From Squalus acanthias (Eukaryota), in the NCBI GenBank assembly GCA_030390025.1, contig JASTWF010000235.1:372183-436000 (forward strand): 63,818 nt of DNA, written 5' to 3'. Position numbers and translations under genes: made by a program. This document shows positions 50,641 through 63,400 of the stretch, piece after piece (within the stretch, counting starts at the first letter, position 1; every line of letters begins with the position of its first letter). The notes beneath the pieces are model-generated. The model saw nothing but the letters and a program-made list of their open reading frames with translations, ran no database searches and was not told where the DNA came from.

Positions 50641-53600
50641 AGATTTTGATCGATACCGACCTATGGGGATAATGCTTGGATTTGATATTGTTTTGATGTG
50701 TTTTGGATTGTCACAGGACGATGGAGAAAGCGTGGCAGTGGTAATAGTATCTGATTGATACAGGGCTATTTGAGAGAGCTGGGCAATGTGTTTCGTTTAG
50801 ATTGATACAGGGCTTTGGGAGAGAGGTGGGCCGTTGCGATTTGTTCCGGATTGATACGTGACTATGAAAAGAGAATGGGCAGTGGGATTATTTTAATTGA
50901 TGCAGGATTGCTACAGGGCAGTGGGATTATTATGGGATGTGTACCCCACTATATGGTAAAAGCCTGGCAGTGGGATTACTTTATGATTGATACGGAACTG
51001 TGGGAGAGAGCCGGCCTGTGGGAATCGTTCTGAGTTAATACATAGGAACATAAACCAGGAGGAGGCCATTCAGCACAGCGATACTTTTCCGCCAATCAGT
51101 AAGATCATGGTTGATCTGTTTCTTTACTGCATCCACCCACCCTGATCCATGCCCTTTTATACCCTCTCTAGCAAAATCAACCGATCTAAGGTTTAAAATG
51201 ATTAATTGAGCGAGCATCTACTGCTGCTTGTGGGAGCGAGTTCCACACTTCTCCCACCCTTTGCACCAAGAACTGTTTCCTCACATCTCCCCTGAATGGC
51301 CTGCTCTGATTTTAAGGTTCTGTCCCCTTGGTCGTAGACTCCGTCACCAGCGGAAATTGCTCATCTCTATCAACCTATCAATTAATTTCAATATCCTAAA
51401 AAACATCAATCAAATCACCCCGGATCCTTGTACCGTCCAGGGAAAACAAGTTTAGTTTATATAATCTGTCGTCATAATCTAACCATTGGTGACATTCCGA
51501 TGATACTGCGCTGCACTCCTTCCAAGGCTAATGTATGATTTCTAAGGAACAGTGCCGAGAACTGTACCTAGTACTCCAGATGTGGTCTATCCAGAGCTTT
51601 GTTAAATTGTAGCAAAACGTGCACCCCTTTATATTAGTTTGGGTTTGATATATGGCCTATGGAGAGATATTAGGGAAGAGCGGGACTGTATTGGTTTGGG
51701 ATTGAAGCTGGACTCTGGGGAAAGAGCGTAGCAGTGGGATTAGAATGGGATTAATACCGAACTATAGGTAAGAGCGTGGCAGTGGCATTCGTTTGTGATT
51801 GATACAGATCTATGATCGAGAACGGGGAAATGTGTCTTGTTTTGGATTGGTACACTGCTATAGGGAAAGATCGGTGCAGAGGTATTCGTTTGATATTGAT
51901 ACAGAGCCGGACAATGAGATTCGTTTGTGATTTGTACAGGCAATGGTGATGGCGTGGATTAGTGGCATTAGTTTGGGAATGGTACAGGGGTTGGGAGCGA
52001 GTGGCACAGTGGGATACGTTTTGACTTGATACACGGCAATGAGGAACGTCCAGTGTTGTGAGATTAGATTTGGATTGATAGAAGAATATGGGGTAAGAGT
52101 ATGGAAGTGGAATTAGTTGGGTATTCAGTCCGGGCTATGGGGATACACTGGAACGTTGCAATTAGTTTGGGATTGAGGCTGGGTTGCGTATAGTGAGCGG
52201 AGACTGTGATTAATGTGGGATTATTACATTTGTATGGGGAGAGCGGGGTAGTGGGATTAACAGGGCGACGGGGAGAGAGTGAAGCAATAGCTTTAGTTTT
52301 GTATTCACACAGGGCTGTGGAGAGAGAGATAGTGGAGCAGTGGATATAGTTTGGTATTGATACCGAGCCAGGGGATGAGAATGAGACGGCGATTTGCGCT
52401 TTTTAATGATATACGGCTATGGGGAGACCGCGGGCAATCGGAAAACTTTCAATTGAAACAGGGCTATGGGGAGAGGGCGGGACGGTGGGAATAGTTTAGA
52501 ATTGATGCAGGGCTTGGAGAGAGAGCGAGGCAATGGGTTTAGTTTGTAATTGAAGCAGGGCTATGGAGAGTGAGAGAGGCAGTGGGTTAAGTTTAGCATT
52601 GGTACAGGGCTATGGAGAGAGCGTGGCAGTGAGTTTAGATTATAATTGATACACGGCTATGTAGAGTGCTCGGCAGTGGGTTTAGTTAGGAATTCATACA
52701 GGGCTATGGAGAGAGAGCGAGGCAGTGGATTTAGTTTGGAATTGATACAGGGCTATGGAGAGAGAGAGGGGCAGTGGGTTTAGTTTAGAATTGATTCATG
52801 GCTTCGGAGAGAGGGCGAGGCAGTGGGTTTAGTTTGGAATTGATGCAGGGCTATGGAGAGAGAGCGAGGCAATGGGTTTCGTTTCAAATTGATGCTGGGT
52901 TATGGATAGAGAGCGAGGCAGTGGGTTTAGTGTAGAATTGATAAAGTGCTATGGAGTGAGAGCGAGGCAGTGGGTTTATATTAAAATTGATACAGGGCTA
53001 TGTAGAGTGCGGGGCAGTGGGTTTAGTTAGGAATTGATACAGGGCTATGGAGAGAAAGCGATGCTGTGGGTTTAGTTTAGATTTGATACAGGGCTATGGA
53101 GAGAATGCGAGGCAGTGGGTTTAGTTAGGAATTGATACAGGGCAATGGCGATAGTGCGAGGCAGTGGGTTTTGTTTAGAATTGATACAGGGCTATGGAGG
53201 GAGAGCGGGGCAGTGGGATTTGTTTAGAATTGATACAGGTCTATGGAGAGTGTGCGACGCAGTGGGTTTAGTTTAGCATTGATTCATGGCTATAGAGAGA
53301 GCGAGTCAGTGGGTTTAGTTTAGAATTGATGCAGGGCTATGGAGAGTGCGCGAGGCAGTGGGTTTAGTTTAGAATTGATTCATGGCTATAGAGAGAGCGA
53401 GTCAGTGGGTTTAGTTTAGAATTGATACAGGGCTATGGACAGAGCGAAGCAGTTGGTTCAGTTTAAAATTGATACAGGGCTATCGAGAGAGAGCTTGGCA
53501 TTTGGTTTAATTTAGAATTGAGGCAGTCTATGGAGAGAGAGCGAGGCAGTGAGTTTAGTTTAGAATTGATGCAGGGCTATGGGGTGAGAGACGAGCAGTG

Positions 53601-53662
53601 GGTTTAGATTAAAATTGATGCAGGGCTATGGAGGGAGGGCAAGGCTGTGAGTTTAGTTTAGA
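50641..53662 (+). repeat. Diverged 49-bp repeat layer plus a second homogenised subfamily (~52480-53662)
   Basis: Subfamily unit ATTGATACAGGGCTATGGAGAGAGAGCGAGGCAGTGGGTTTAGTTTAGA (47-49 bp); a CR1 fragment is inserted at ~51036-51630. Confidence 0.88.
51036..51630 (-). mobile_element. CR1 LINE 3' fragment inside the satellite
   Basis: 3'UTR (acataggaacataaaccaggaggaggccattcagc) and degenerate RT C-terminus. Confidence 0.8.
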
Positions 53663-56600
53663 GGTCTATTAAGAAAATCACCAAATGGCTAATAAAAGTT
53701 GTGTTAACGCATATAAGAGTAAGTTAGACAGATGCGCCTGTGCGGAGGAAGTGCAGGTATTATTGAAGGAACGTTTCATCAAAGGAGAACGAGTCCCCTT
53801 TGAAAAAGTGATAAACTTTATTCTGGAAAGTGTGTCTCAGAAAAATCAGAACGGGTTAAGAGAGAAACATAGCCAGGTGGTTAAGCATAAATTGCAGGAG
53901 AGAGAGGGAGAGGTAAAAAAGGAAAAATGTCTAATTTGCAGGCTAACCAATCTGAAAACTCAGCAAAGGAAGGGAATAAACAGGATTTGGAAAGTCAGGA
54001 AAAGCTGCTGAGACACCGATTTAAAAGAGGAAAAAAAGATAAATTTAAAGTTTTAACGACATGGAAGTTATTAACGTCTGTGCTGAGACAAAAAAAACAC
54101 AAGATTTGCTGAGTGAAAGGAACCTTAAAAATGCTGGAATTTCAGTTTGTGTGAAAGTGTGTGTTAAAGAGTGAATGTTTTCCTGACTATGAATGTTCAA
54201 GTAGTTACAGTATTTCTTATCTCTGAAAGACTGTCTATTAAAGAAAAGGTGTTTGTTATGTATGTTTTAGCTCCACCCACTTCTCTGTGTTAAAAGCGTT
54301 TAAAACTGTTGTCTTGTCTTGGATTTTGGAAGTTTTAAGAATGTGCGAATAAGATTGTGCCCCAAGAATTGGATAAAAAACTTTGAACTACTATTTAGGC
54401 TAATATGGTGTGTAAAAAACTGAGAAGTACAACAAAAAGTTTCTTTAACAAAAGATTAAGTTTCAGTCCAAGATTTAAACTTGGAGTCGCGGTTGCTGTG
54501 GTGAAATCTTCTAAAGCAGTTTCATTTGATTTGTTTAAATGTGAAAAACTAATTGTTCTCCAGTAATATTCAATGTTTTACAGTATTTTGGAAAAGCACC
54601 TGAAGAACGGACAATAAGAAATATGACGTATTTTACTGTTTTCTGCAAGCATTTGCTATTTTGTTTTGTTTTATCTGTTCTGTTCGTGTTTAGTTAAAGT
54701 GTGAAAACACAACTGTATTTTTCGATCGGGAAAGCTTTTTTTTAATTTACGTGAAGTGACGCATTTGCGTGCGCCTGACAATGTTTCGCTCCACCTTCTT
54801 AAAAACCTGCAAACGATTTAACCCTTTCCACTGACAGCTATTTCAGTTCACTAAGCAACAACTTTATTATGAAATTTAAAGATATTGGACATTATTAAAT
54901 TTAAGTTTCCTAATTTTAAGTTAATATTTCCCCTCAGTGACAGAAGGAAAATGATGATTTTGTAAATTAACCCCTTAGACTCTAAGCAGAGTCACAATGG
55001 AGTTTCTTCTTTCTTTTCATATATGGAAGTGAGCTTGTAAAATAATTGCAGCACTTCTGTCTCTAATGTTAAAACACTGTGTAAGCCACCTAGCCTGGGA
55101 ATCACTTGTTTCTGAAATTGGAAATGGAAGATAAATTGATAGAAATGAAATTGAACATTGACAAAATCTGTCAGTTCAACAATACTGCTGTTTGGATTTT
55201 GGGAAAATTTTGAAATAATAAAATGGACTCAGGCACTCAGGGTTACTTTTGGGAGAATAAAAGATCCTCTAAAATAATGATAAATAAAAAGTGTTAATAA
55301 CTTGGACCAAGTGAGAATGTTTGATCTATGTTTTCAATCTTAAATATTGTACTGGACAGTAAAGTTCCTCCAGGGCTCATGAATGCGATATGAATGGTAA
55401 TTAATGGGATGTTTAAAATGGAGAGAGGAAGTGATTGAGGGTGTGAGATAGAAACAGGAGAATTTCACCACCAATTGGGAATTTCCCAAACTTTCTGGTG
55501 AAAGGCAGGAAAGTGTAGTTAAGAATAGTAAATTGATAGCTTTCTCTTGGAGACATTTGTGTTCCTGCAAATAATGCACTTTTTAAGAAAACTGAATTTG
55601 ACAGCCAGCCACTACCAATGACATCGGGACCATGCGGTGGAAGATGAGCAAAGATCTCCAGACAATCTTTTGATAAGATCACCTGAAAGCCCGAGAGAGG
55701 CTTGTATCGGATAGCACGTGTGGCATGATATTGAGATACCGGTATGAGTGTGCAAATGTGATTTGTTACGTATGAAGCAATTACCATCCGGGAATGTATG
55801 TTGAATCTGCACTGAAGAACGGGTCTCAGACATGCTCAGTTACTTGACAACAGCAAGACATGAAATGGTTAATGTGGCTCAGGAGAGCGAGACAACCGTT
55901 AAAGCATTGACACATACTCCATCGAGAAACTATCTCATTAATGAAACAATCAGACTAGAGTTAAACACACTGGTACGTGTTAGAGGGATTGAAATTGAAG
56001 TTGAAGTGGAGAGTTCCATGGAATTTGGATTTGGAAAATTGAGGGCCAAGGAGAAATCATGTTTAGTAAGAATTATCCACAAGATGGATACGAGTAAAAG
56101 AGAGATCTGGAGAATCTTTTAAGTACATCATTTGTTGATTAGATGTTAAACTGTAAAGTCGCTTGAAATGATTGTAAGACTGAATTTAACTGTGACTGTA
56201 ATGATTGTGTTTTGTAGGTAACAGAGCGTTGGAAAAACCAGTACGAATCCAGTCTGAGGTGATTTTGGTGGTGCCTCCTGTGTCACTACTACCGCAACTA
56301 CCATGCTTTACGTGTCTAACAGGAACTGTCCCATTAAACAATACGTTTTTAAATATGAGCTGCACAATTATGTGGCAAAATTCGAACACGACATTCCCCT
56401 GTTGTCTAAGGGTACCAGTGAGCTCATGATCCGACTGAACTCCTCCCTAAAGCATTTTCATGTTTTGGAGCAAGAGAACTCGAGAATAGATATTGAAATT
56501 GACACCATAAAGGACAACTCACACTGGTGGGATATTGGTCTTAATACATCAGCACGCCCTTAGGTTAGTAGTATTTCACATGCTCTGGTAGTTCTCCAAC

Positions 56601-58092
56601 TTGTAATGATAGTGTATTTGATGCATGTAACCTGTGTAGTAAGACTTTGATACATAAGCCAATTGTATATTCATGCCTATGACTAACCAGCACTAATGAA
56701 TTAATTGATCACATCGATAGAGAAGATCCGAAGCAACGTAGAGGAGACCCCAGGCGGTGTAACATCAGGAAAGATAGAAGAAACAGAGGATACCCGAGGC
56801 GGGGCAGAATTGGAACACCAGAACATGAATTGAATTTAAGTAAGGGCTCAGATCAGGGCCGTTACTGCCAGATCGTATGATGCAATAGGAGCAGCAGGCG
56901 GAGTAGAAAGGATAGACTGGGACGCACTAGAAGGCAAGACATATCAGACCGGCCGACATGATGGTTGGGGAGACCCGGGGTGTCCTCCATCCATGAGGAT
57001 AGGCGGTCGGCCCTTGTGAGTGTCATAGTTAGCACCCAGGCCTATAATGAAAAGGGGGATAAAACCTCATTTGAGAAGCGTTCAGTTCCCCTCAATTGGA
57101 GGACTCCAATTTGCAGCAACGCTCGTCAGAGAATAGATTGAAGTAGTCGAGGAATAAATGTTTAAAACATTAAATGATCGAGGTGGAGACTTGTATGAAA
57201 GGCTGATATTTAGAGATATTTAGTTGATGAGAATCATATATGTATAAATTCGAGTGTAGCCATTGAACAAATAATATTCCCCATAATTACTTCTGAGTAA
57301 CTAAAAAAGCTAAGACTTATTCAAAACGTAGCTGCACAGTCAAAAGCAGTTTTCACTAAGTTTTGATAACAAACAGCCACAGACTGCGAGTGAAGGTTAA
57401 ATCATTAAATAACATATTATAATGTTGTATAGAACTTAGCATTCGCTGACCAAAACTAATTGCAATGATATTAAAAAATAATTAGTATAAGGACATAAAA
57501 TGAGAGAGATCATGGCGATAAGGTATTCATCTGGTAGATAAAGTGCGATAGTTTGGATACCTCAAGACTAGTGAAACAGCGCTGATATGGGCCCTTGGTA
57601 TAAAGGCCTTGTACCAGGGAAGCTAGAAATGAAAGAGATAAAGTAAATTCCAATGGGGGTGAAAAATTATAAACAAGATAACACCGAACATGGCAAAGTT
57701 TTTGGAAAAATACTGGAAAGGCGGGAGGCAACCTTAGTCTGAGTGAAAATGATATTTTGACCATTAGAACCAATTGCAAAAGGTGATTTTTTAATGAACA
57801 TATATGGACACTGGCCAAACGAACTGTTGATAAGAAAAGTGTTAAAACCTCGATACTCAAAGAATAACTTAACACAGACTTACTGCGAGAACAAAGGAGC
57901 AGAGTTAAGACGACGTCATCTGTGTCCGAGAAGTTCCAGAGACCAAGTGCTGCGAGCTGCTCGTCAAAACTATCCCCTAATATTAAGTATATTACGCTGT
58001 ATGCTTAATAAATCTTGATCTATTGCTCAAACATACTGGCTTCTGCCTATTGGTGTCTTGTCCAAGAACTCAGAGTTCATTAAGATCTTACA
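53663..58092 (+). mobile_element. LTR/ERV-like element copy 2 (no 5' LTR seen; gag-like 5' ORF, deleted interior, env-like remnant, 3' LTR 57192-58092)
   Basis: Flanked by satellite on both sides. ORF 53685-54011 is basic and helical (possible gag N-terminus). 56303-56640 encodes a heptad-like segment, HWWDIG and a hydrophobic TM with stops. Purine tract gaggtggagac, then TGTA...TACA LTR with TATAAA 57668-57673 and AATAAA 58007-58012. Confidence 0.75.
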
Positions 58093-58592
58093 CAGGGCTA
58101 TAGAGAGAGAACGAGGCAGTTAGTTCAGCTTGGAATTGATACAAGGCTATGGAGAGAGAGCGAGGCATTGGAATTAGTTTACAATTGAGACAGGGCTTTG
58201 TAGAGAGAGCGGGGCAGTGGGCTTAGTTTTGGATTGAGACAGGGCTATGAGGAGAGAGCTAGCAGTGGGATTAATTTTGGATTGATGCAGGGCTATGGGG
58301 ATTGAACGGGACAATTGATTTAGTGTGGCATTGATACAGGGCTATGAGGAGAGAGAGCGGGGCAGTTGATTTAGGTTGGGATTGATACAGGGGTATGAGG
58401 AGAGAGAGCGGGGCTGTTGATTTACGTTGGGATTGATACAGGGCTATGAGGAGAGGGAGCGGGGCGGTTGATTTAGGTTGGGATTGATACAGGGTTATGA
58501 GGAAAGAGCGAGCAGTGGGATTAGTTTTGGATTGATAGAGGACTCTGGGGCGAGAGCAGGTCAGGGGCATTTATGTGGGATTGATACAGAGC
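58093..58592 (+). repeat. 49-bp G-rich repeat, continuation
   Basis: About 10 units of gattgatacagggctatgaggagagagagcggggc type. Confidence 0.85.
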
Positions 58593-59407
58593 TGCGTTTT
58601 ATAAATATATTAACAGTAAAGAATAACTAAAGAAAGGGTAGTGCCTATTAGAGGTTATGAGGGTAATCTGTGAATTTTGTGAGGAGGTAACAAGGAGGGT
58701 AGATGAGGGTAGTGCGTTTGATGTAGTTTATATGGACTTCAGCAAGGCTTTTGATAAGGTTCCACATGGCAGACTGGTCACGAAGTTAAAGGTCCATGGA
58801 ATCCAGGGCAAAGTGTCAAGTTCGATTCAAAACTGGCTCGGAGTCAGGAAGCAGAGGGTAATGGTTGATGGGTGTTTTTGTGACTGGAAGGCTGCTCCAG
58901 TGGAGTTCCGCAGGGCTCAGTAATGGGTCCCTTGCTTTTTGTGGTATATCTCAATGATCTTAACTTGAATATATATGGTATGATTAAGAAGTTTTCAGAT
59001 GGTACTAAAATCGGCTGTGTGGTTAATACTGAAGAGGGAAGCTGTAGACTGCAGGAAGATATCAATGCATTGGTCAGGTGGGCAAAACAGTGGCAAATGG
59101 AAGTCAATCCGAAAGAAGTGTGAGGTAATGCATTTGGGGAGGGCTAACAACGAAAGGGAATACACATTAAATGGTAGGACACTGAGTAGTGTAAAGGAAC
59201 AAAGGGACCTTGGAGTGCATGTTCACAGATGCCTGAAGGTGGCAGGCTAGGTAGATAAGATGGTTAAGAAGGCATACGGAATGCTGGACTTTATTAGCCG
59301 TGGCATAGAATACAAGTCATGATGCGGAGATGCCGGTGTTCGACTGGGGTGGACAAAATTGAGAGGTCGCACAACACCAGGTTATAGTCCAACAGTTTTA
59401 TTTGAAA

Positions 59408-59449
59408 TCACAAGCTTTCGGAGCTATCGATTGCTCCTTCCTCAGGTGA
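59408..59449 (-). ncRNA. Minimal type-I hammerhead ribozyme motif (PLE-associated variant), intact stem II
   Basis: The minus strand reads UCAC-CUGAGGA-A-GGAGC-aaucgaua-GCUCC-GAAA-GCUU-GUGA: CUGANGA and GAAA core, 5-bp stem II, 4-bp stem I, and a palindromic AGCU in place of stem III. Confidence 0.75.
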
Positions 59450-59759
59450 AGTAAATTAGATACAGAATCACCAAAGCATATATAGATAGAAAACAAAGCA
59501 TGTGTACTTTACAATTGCAGACCATTAAATTAAATCATCCTGACTATCTGCCGAGGTGTGATAAAGTTAATTAAGTCAGCCAGGAAGGTACCACATCAAA
59601 GTCATGTCTTTGATGTGGTACCTTCCTGGCTGACTTAATTAACTTTATCACACCTCGGCAGATAGTCAGGATGATTTAATTTAATGGTCTGCAATTGTAA
59701 AGTACACATGCTTTGTTTTCTATCTATATATGGTTTGGTGATGCTGTATCTAATTTACT

Positions 59760-59801
59760 TCACCTGAGGAAGCAGCAATTGATAGCTCCGAAAGCTTGTG
59801 A
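59760..59801 (+). ncRNA. Minimal type-I hammerhead ribozyme motif, one mismatch in stem II
   Basis: UCAC-CUGAGGA-A-GCAGC-aauugaua-GCUCC-GAAA-GCUU-GUGA, followed by AATAAA. Confidence 0.68.
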
Positions 59802-60451
59802 TTTCAAATAAAACTGTTGGACTATAACCTGGTGTTGTGCGACCTCTCAATAGAATACAAGAGCAGGGGGGTTATGCTTCAACTTAGGCCTCAGTTGGAG
59901 TACTGCGTGCAGTTCTGGTCACCACATTACAGGAAAGATGTGATTGCACTAGAGAGGGTACAGAGGAGATTTACAAGGATGTTGCCTGGAGTAGAGAATC
60001 TTAGCTATGAGGAAAGACTGGATAGGTTTGCTCTGTTTTCCTTGGAACAGAGGAGGCTGAGGGGAGACCTTATTAAGGTGTATAAAATTATGAGGGGCAT
60101 AGATAATGTGCATAGAAAGGAACTGTTTCCCTTAGCAGAGGGGTCAAAAACCAGGGGGCACAGATGTAAAGTAATTGGTGGAAGGTTTAGAGCGGATCTG
60201 AGGGTAAATTTCATCACCCAGAGGGTTGTGGGGGTCTGGAACTCACTGCCTGAAAGGGTGGTAGAGGCAGGAATACTAACCATATTTAAAAAGTACTTGG
60301 ATGTGCACTTGTGATGCTCTAACCTGCAGGGCTACGGACCAAGAGCTGGGAAGTGGGATTAGGCTGGATAGCTCTTTGTTGGCCGGAGCGGACACAATGG
60401 ACCGAAATGGCCTCCAACCGTGCTGTAACTTTCTATGATTCTATGATTCTG

Positions 60452-63400
60452 TGGGGGGAGGGCAGGGCAGTGGTATCAGTTTGGGATGGATACAAGTCTA
60501 TGGGGAGGGATTGAAGCATTGAGATTAGTTTGGGAATTATACAGGGCTATGGGGGGAGTGGGATTAGTTTGTAATTGAAACTGGGCTATGGGAGGGAGCG
60601 GGGCAGTGGGATCAATTTGTATTTGATGCAGGGCTATCGGGAGGAGTCGGGTAAATGCAATCAGTTTGAATTGAAACGCGGCTATGCGGAGAGAGCGGTG
60701 CAGTGAGATTTTCTGTGTGATTGAAACAGGTCTATGGGGAGGGAGTAGGGATATGATATTATTTTGGAATTGATATAGGGCTGAGTGAAAGAGCGAGCCA
60801 AAGAGATTATTTTGGGATTGATTCAGTGCTATGGGAGAGAGCGTGGCAGTGGGATTAGTTTGGGGTTGTTACAGGGCTCTGGGTAGGGAACGAGGCATTG
60901 GGATTTGTTTGGGATTGGTACAGGGATATGGGGAACGAGTGCGGCAGTGGGAATATTTTGGGATTGTTACAGGCTATGGGGACAGAGCGAAGATGTGCGA
61001 TTAGAGCTGGATTGATATTGGGCTGTGGTGAGAGAAAGCGGTAGGGGATACTTTTAGGAATGGAGCAGGGCTATGGGGAGAGAGAGGGCAGTGGAATAAT
61101 TTTCGATTGACACGGGTATATGGGGATAGTGCGTGGCTGTGGTATTGGGTTGGGATTGAAGCATAGAAACTTAGAAGATAGGAGAAGGAGCAATCCATTC
61201 AGCCCCTCGAGCCTGCTCCGCCATTCAATGAGATCATGGCTGATCAGCCAAATTCAGTACCCTGACCCTGCCTTCACCCCATATCTCTTGATCCCTTTAG
61301 CTTTAAGAAATATATCTAACTCATTCTTGAATATATTTAATGAATTGGCCTCAACTGCCTTCTGTGGTAGAGAATTCCACAGGTTCACCACTCTCTGGGT
61401 GAAGAAATACCTCCTCATCTCAGTCCTAAATGGCTTACCCCTTATCCTTAGATTGCGACCCCTGGTTCTGGACTCCCCGGCCATCGGGAACATCCTTCCT
61501 GCATCTAGTCTGTCTAGTTCTGTTAGAATTTTATAAGTTTCAATGAGATCCCCTCTCATTCTTCTAAACTCCAGCGAGTATAAGCCCAATCGACCCAATC
61601 TCTCCTCATACGTCATTCCTGCCATCCCAGGAATCAGCCTGGTGAATCTTAGCTGCACTCGCTCCATGGCAAGAACATCCTTCCTCAGATAAGGCGACCA
61701 AAACTGCACACAATACTCAAGATGTGGTCTCACCAAGGCCCTGTACAACTGCAGCAAGACATTCTTGTTCCTGTACTCGAACCCTTTCGCTCCGAAGGCC
61801 AACATACCATTTGCCTTCTTAACCGCCTGCTACACCTGCATGCTTACCTTCAGCGATTGGTGCACAAGGACACCCAGGTCTCGTTGCACTTCCCCTTCTC
61901 CCAATCTATTGCCATTCAGATAATAATCTTCCTTCCTGTTTTTGACACCAAAGTGGATAACCTCGCATTAATCCACATTGTATTGCATCTGCCATGCTTC
62001 TGCCCAATCACCCAACCTGTCCATATCATACTGTAGTTTCTCGGCATCCTCCTCATGGTACACACTCTCACCCAGCTTTGTGTCGTCTGCAAACTTGGAG
62101 ATATTACATCCAATTCCGTCGTCTAGATCATTAATATATATTGTGAATAGCTGTGGTCCTAGGACCGATCCCTGCGGTAACCCCCACTAGTCACTGCCTG
62201 CCACTCGGAAAAAGACCCATTTATTCCAACTCTTTGCTTTCTGTCTGCAAACTAGTTCTCTAGCCAAGTCAATACCTTGCCCCCAATCCCATGTGCCTGA
62301 ACTTTACACGCTAATCTCTTATGCGGGACCTTATCGAAAGCCTTCTGAAAGTCCAAATACACCACATCCACTGGTTCTCCCTTATCTATTTTACCAGTTA
62401 CATCCTCAAAAAATTCCAGTAGATTAGTCAAGCACGATTTACCTTTTGTAAATCCATGTTGACTTTGTCCGATCCTGTCAATGTTTTCCAAGTGCTCTGC
62501 TATTACATCCTTTATAATGGGCTCAGCATTTTCCCCACTAGCGATGTCAGGCTATAATTCCCCGTTTTCTCTCTACCACCTTTGTTGAATAGTGGGGTAA
62601 CATTAGCTATCCTCCAATCCACGGGTACTTTTCCAGAGTCTATCGAATTTTGGAAGATAACCAGCAACGCATCTACTATTTCTAGGGCCACTTCCTTAAG
62701 TCCTTAAGCAGGACTATGGGGAAAGAGCGTGGTAGTGGAATTGGTATGGGATTGATACCGATCTATGGTGAGGGGGCTTGGTAATGGCATATCAGTTTGT
62801 GATTGATACAGATCTATGATAGAGAGCGTGGCAAAGCGTCTAGTTTTGGATTGATACACGGCTATGGGGCGAGAGCGGGGCAGTGGGACTAGTTGGGCAT
62901 TCAATCGGGCTATGGGGAGACAGTGGAATGCTGTGATTAGTTTGGCATTGATGCTGGGCTATGGATAATGAGCGAGGTGTGGCATCAGTTTGTGATTGAT
63001 ACAGATTAATGGGAGAGAGCGGGGAAGAGGGATCAGTTTGTGATGGATACAGGACTATGGGAGGGAGTGGGGCTGTGAGATCAGTTTATGTTTGATACAG
63101 GGCTAATTGAGAGAGCGGAACAGTGAGATCAGTTTGGGATTGATACAGGGATATGGGTGGGACCGGGCAGTGAATTTAGTTTGGTATTGATCCAAACCTA
63201 TGTGACGGTAGCGGGGCAGTGAGATTATTTTGGAAATGAAGGGAGCGGGCATTGGGATTTGTTTGGGATTGATACAAGTCTATCGTGAGAGAGCAGGGCG
63301 GTGGAATTATATTTGGATTGGTACAGGGCTATGCGAGAGAGTGGGACAGTGCGATTAGTGCTGGACTGATATTGATCGGTGATGAAAGGGTAGCGGGTTA

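Larger units (their letters stand above)
59317..59849. mobile_element. Penelope-like element remnant: inverted pseudo-LTR pair forming a 494-bp palindrome
   Basis: Arms 59358-59604 and 59605-59851, a ~41-bp unpaired extension at 59317-59357, TSD ATAGAATACAAG (59305-59316 / 59850-59861), and a hammerhead motif in each arm. Confidence 0.8.
58595..60450 (+). mobile_element. CR1 LINE fragment carrying a Penelope-like insertion
   Basis: RT motifs (MDFSKAFDKVPHGRL; LEYCVQFWSPHYRKD) and a (TTCTATGA)n tail at 60431-60450. Confidence 0.9.
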
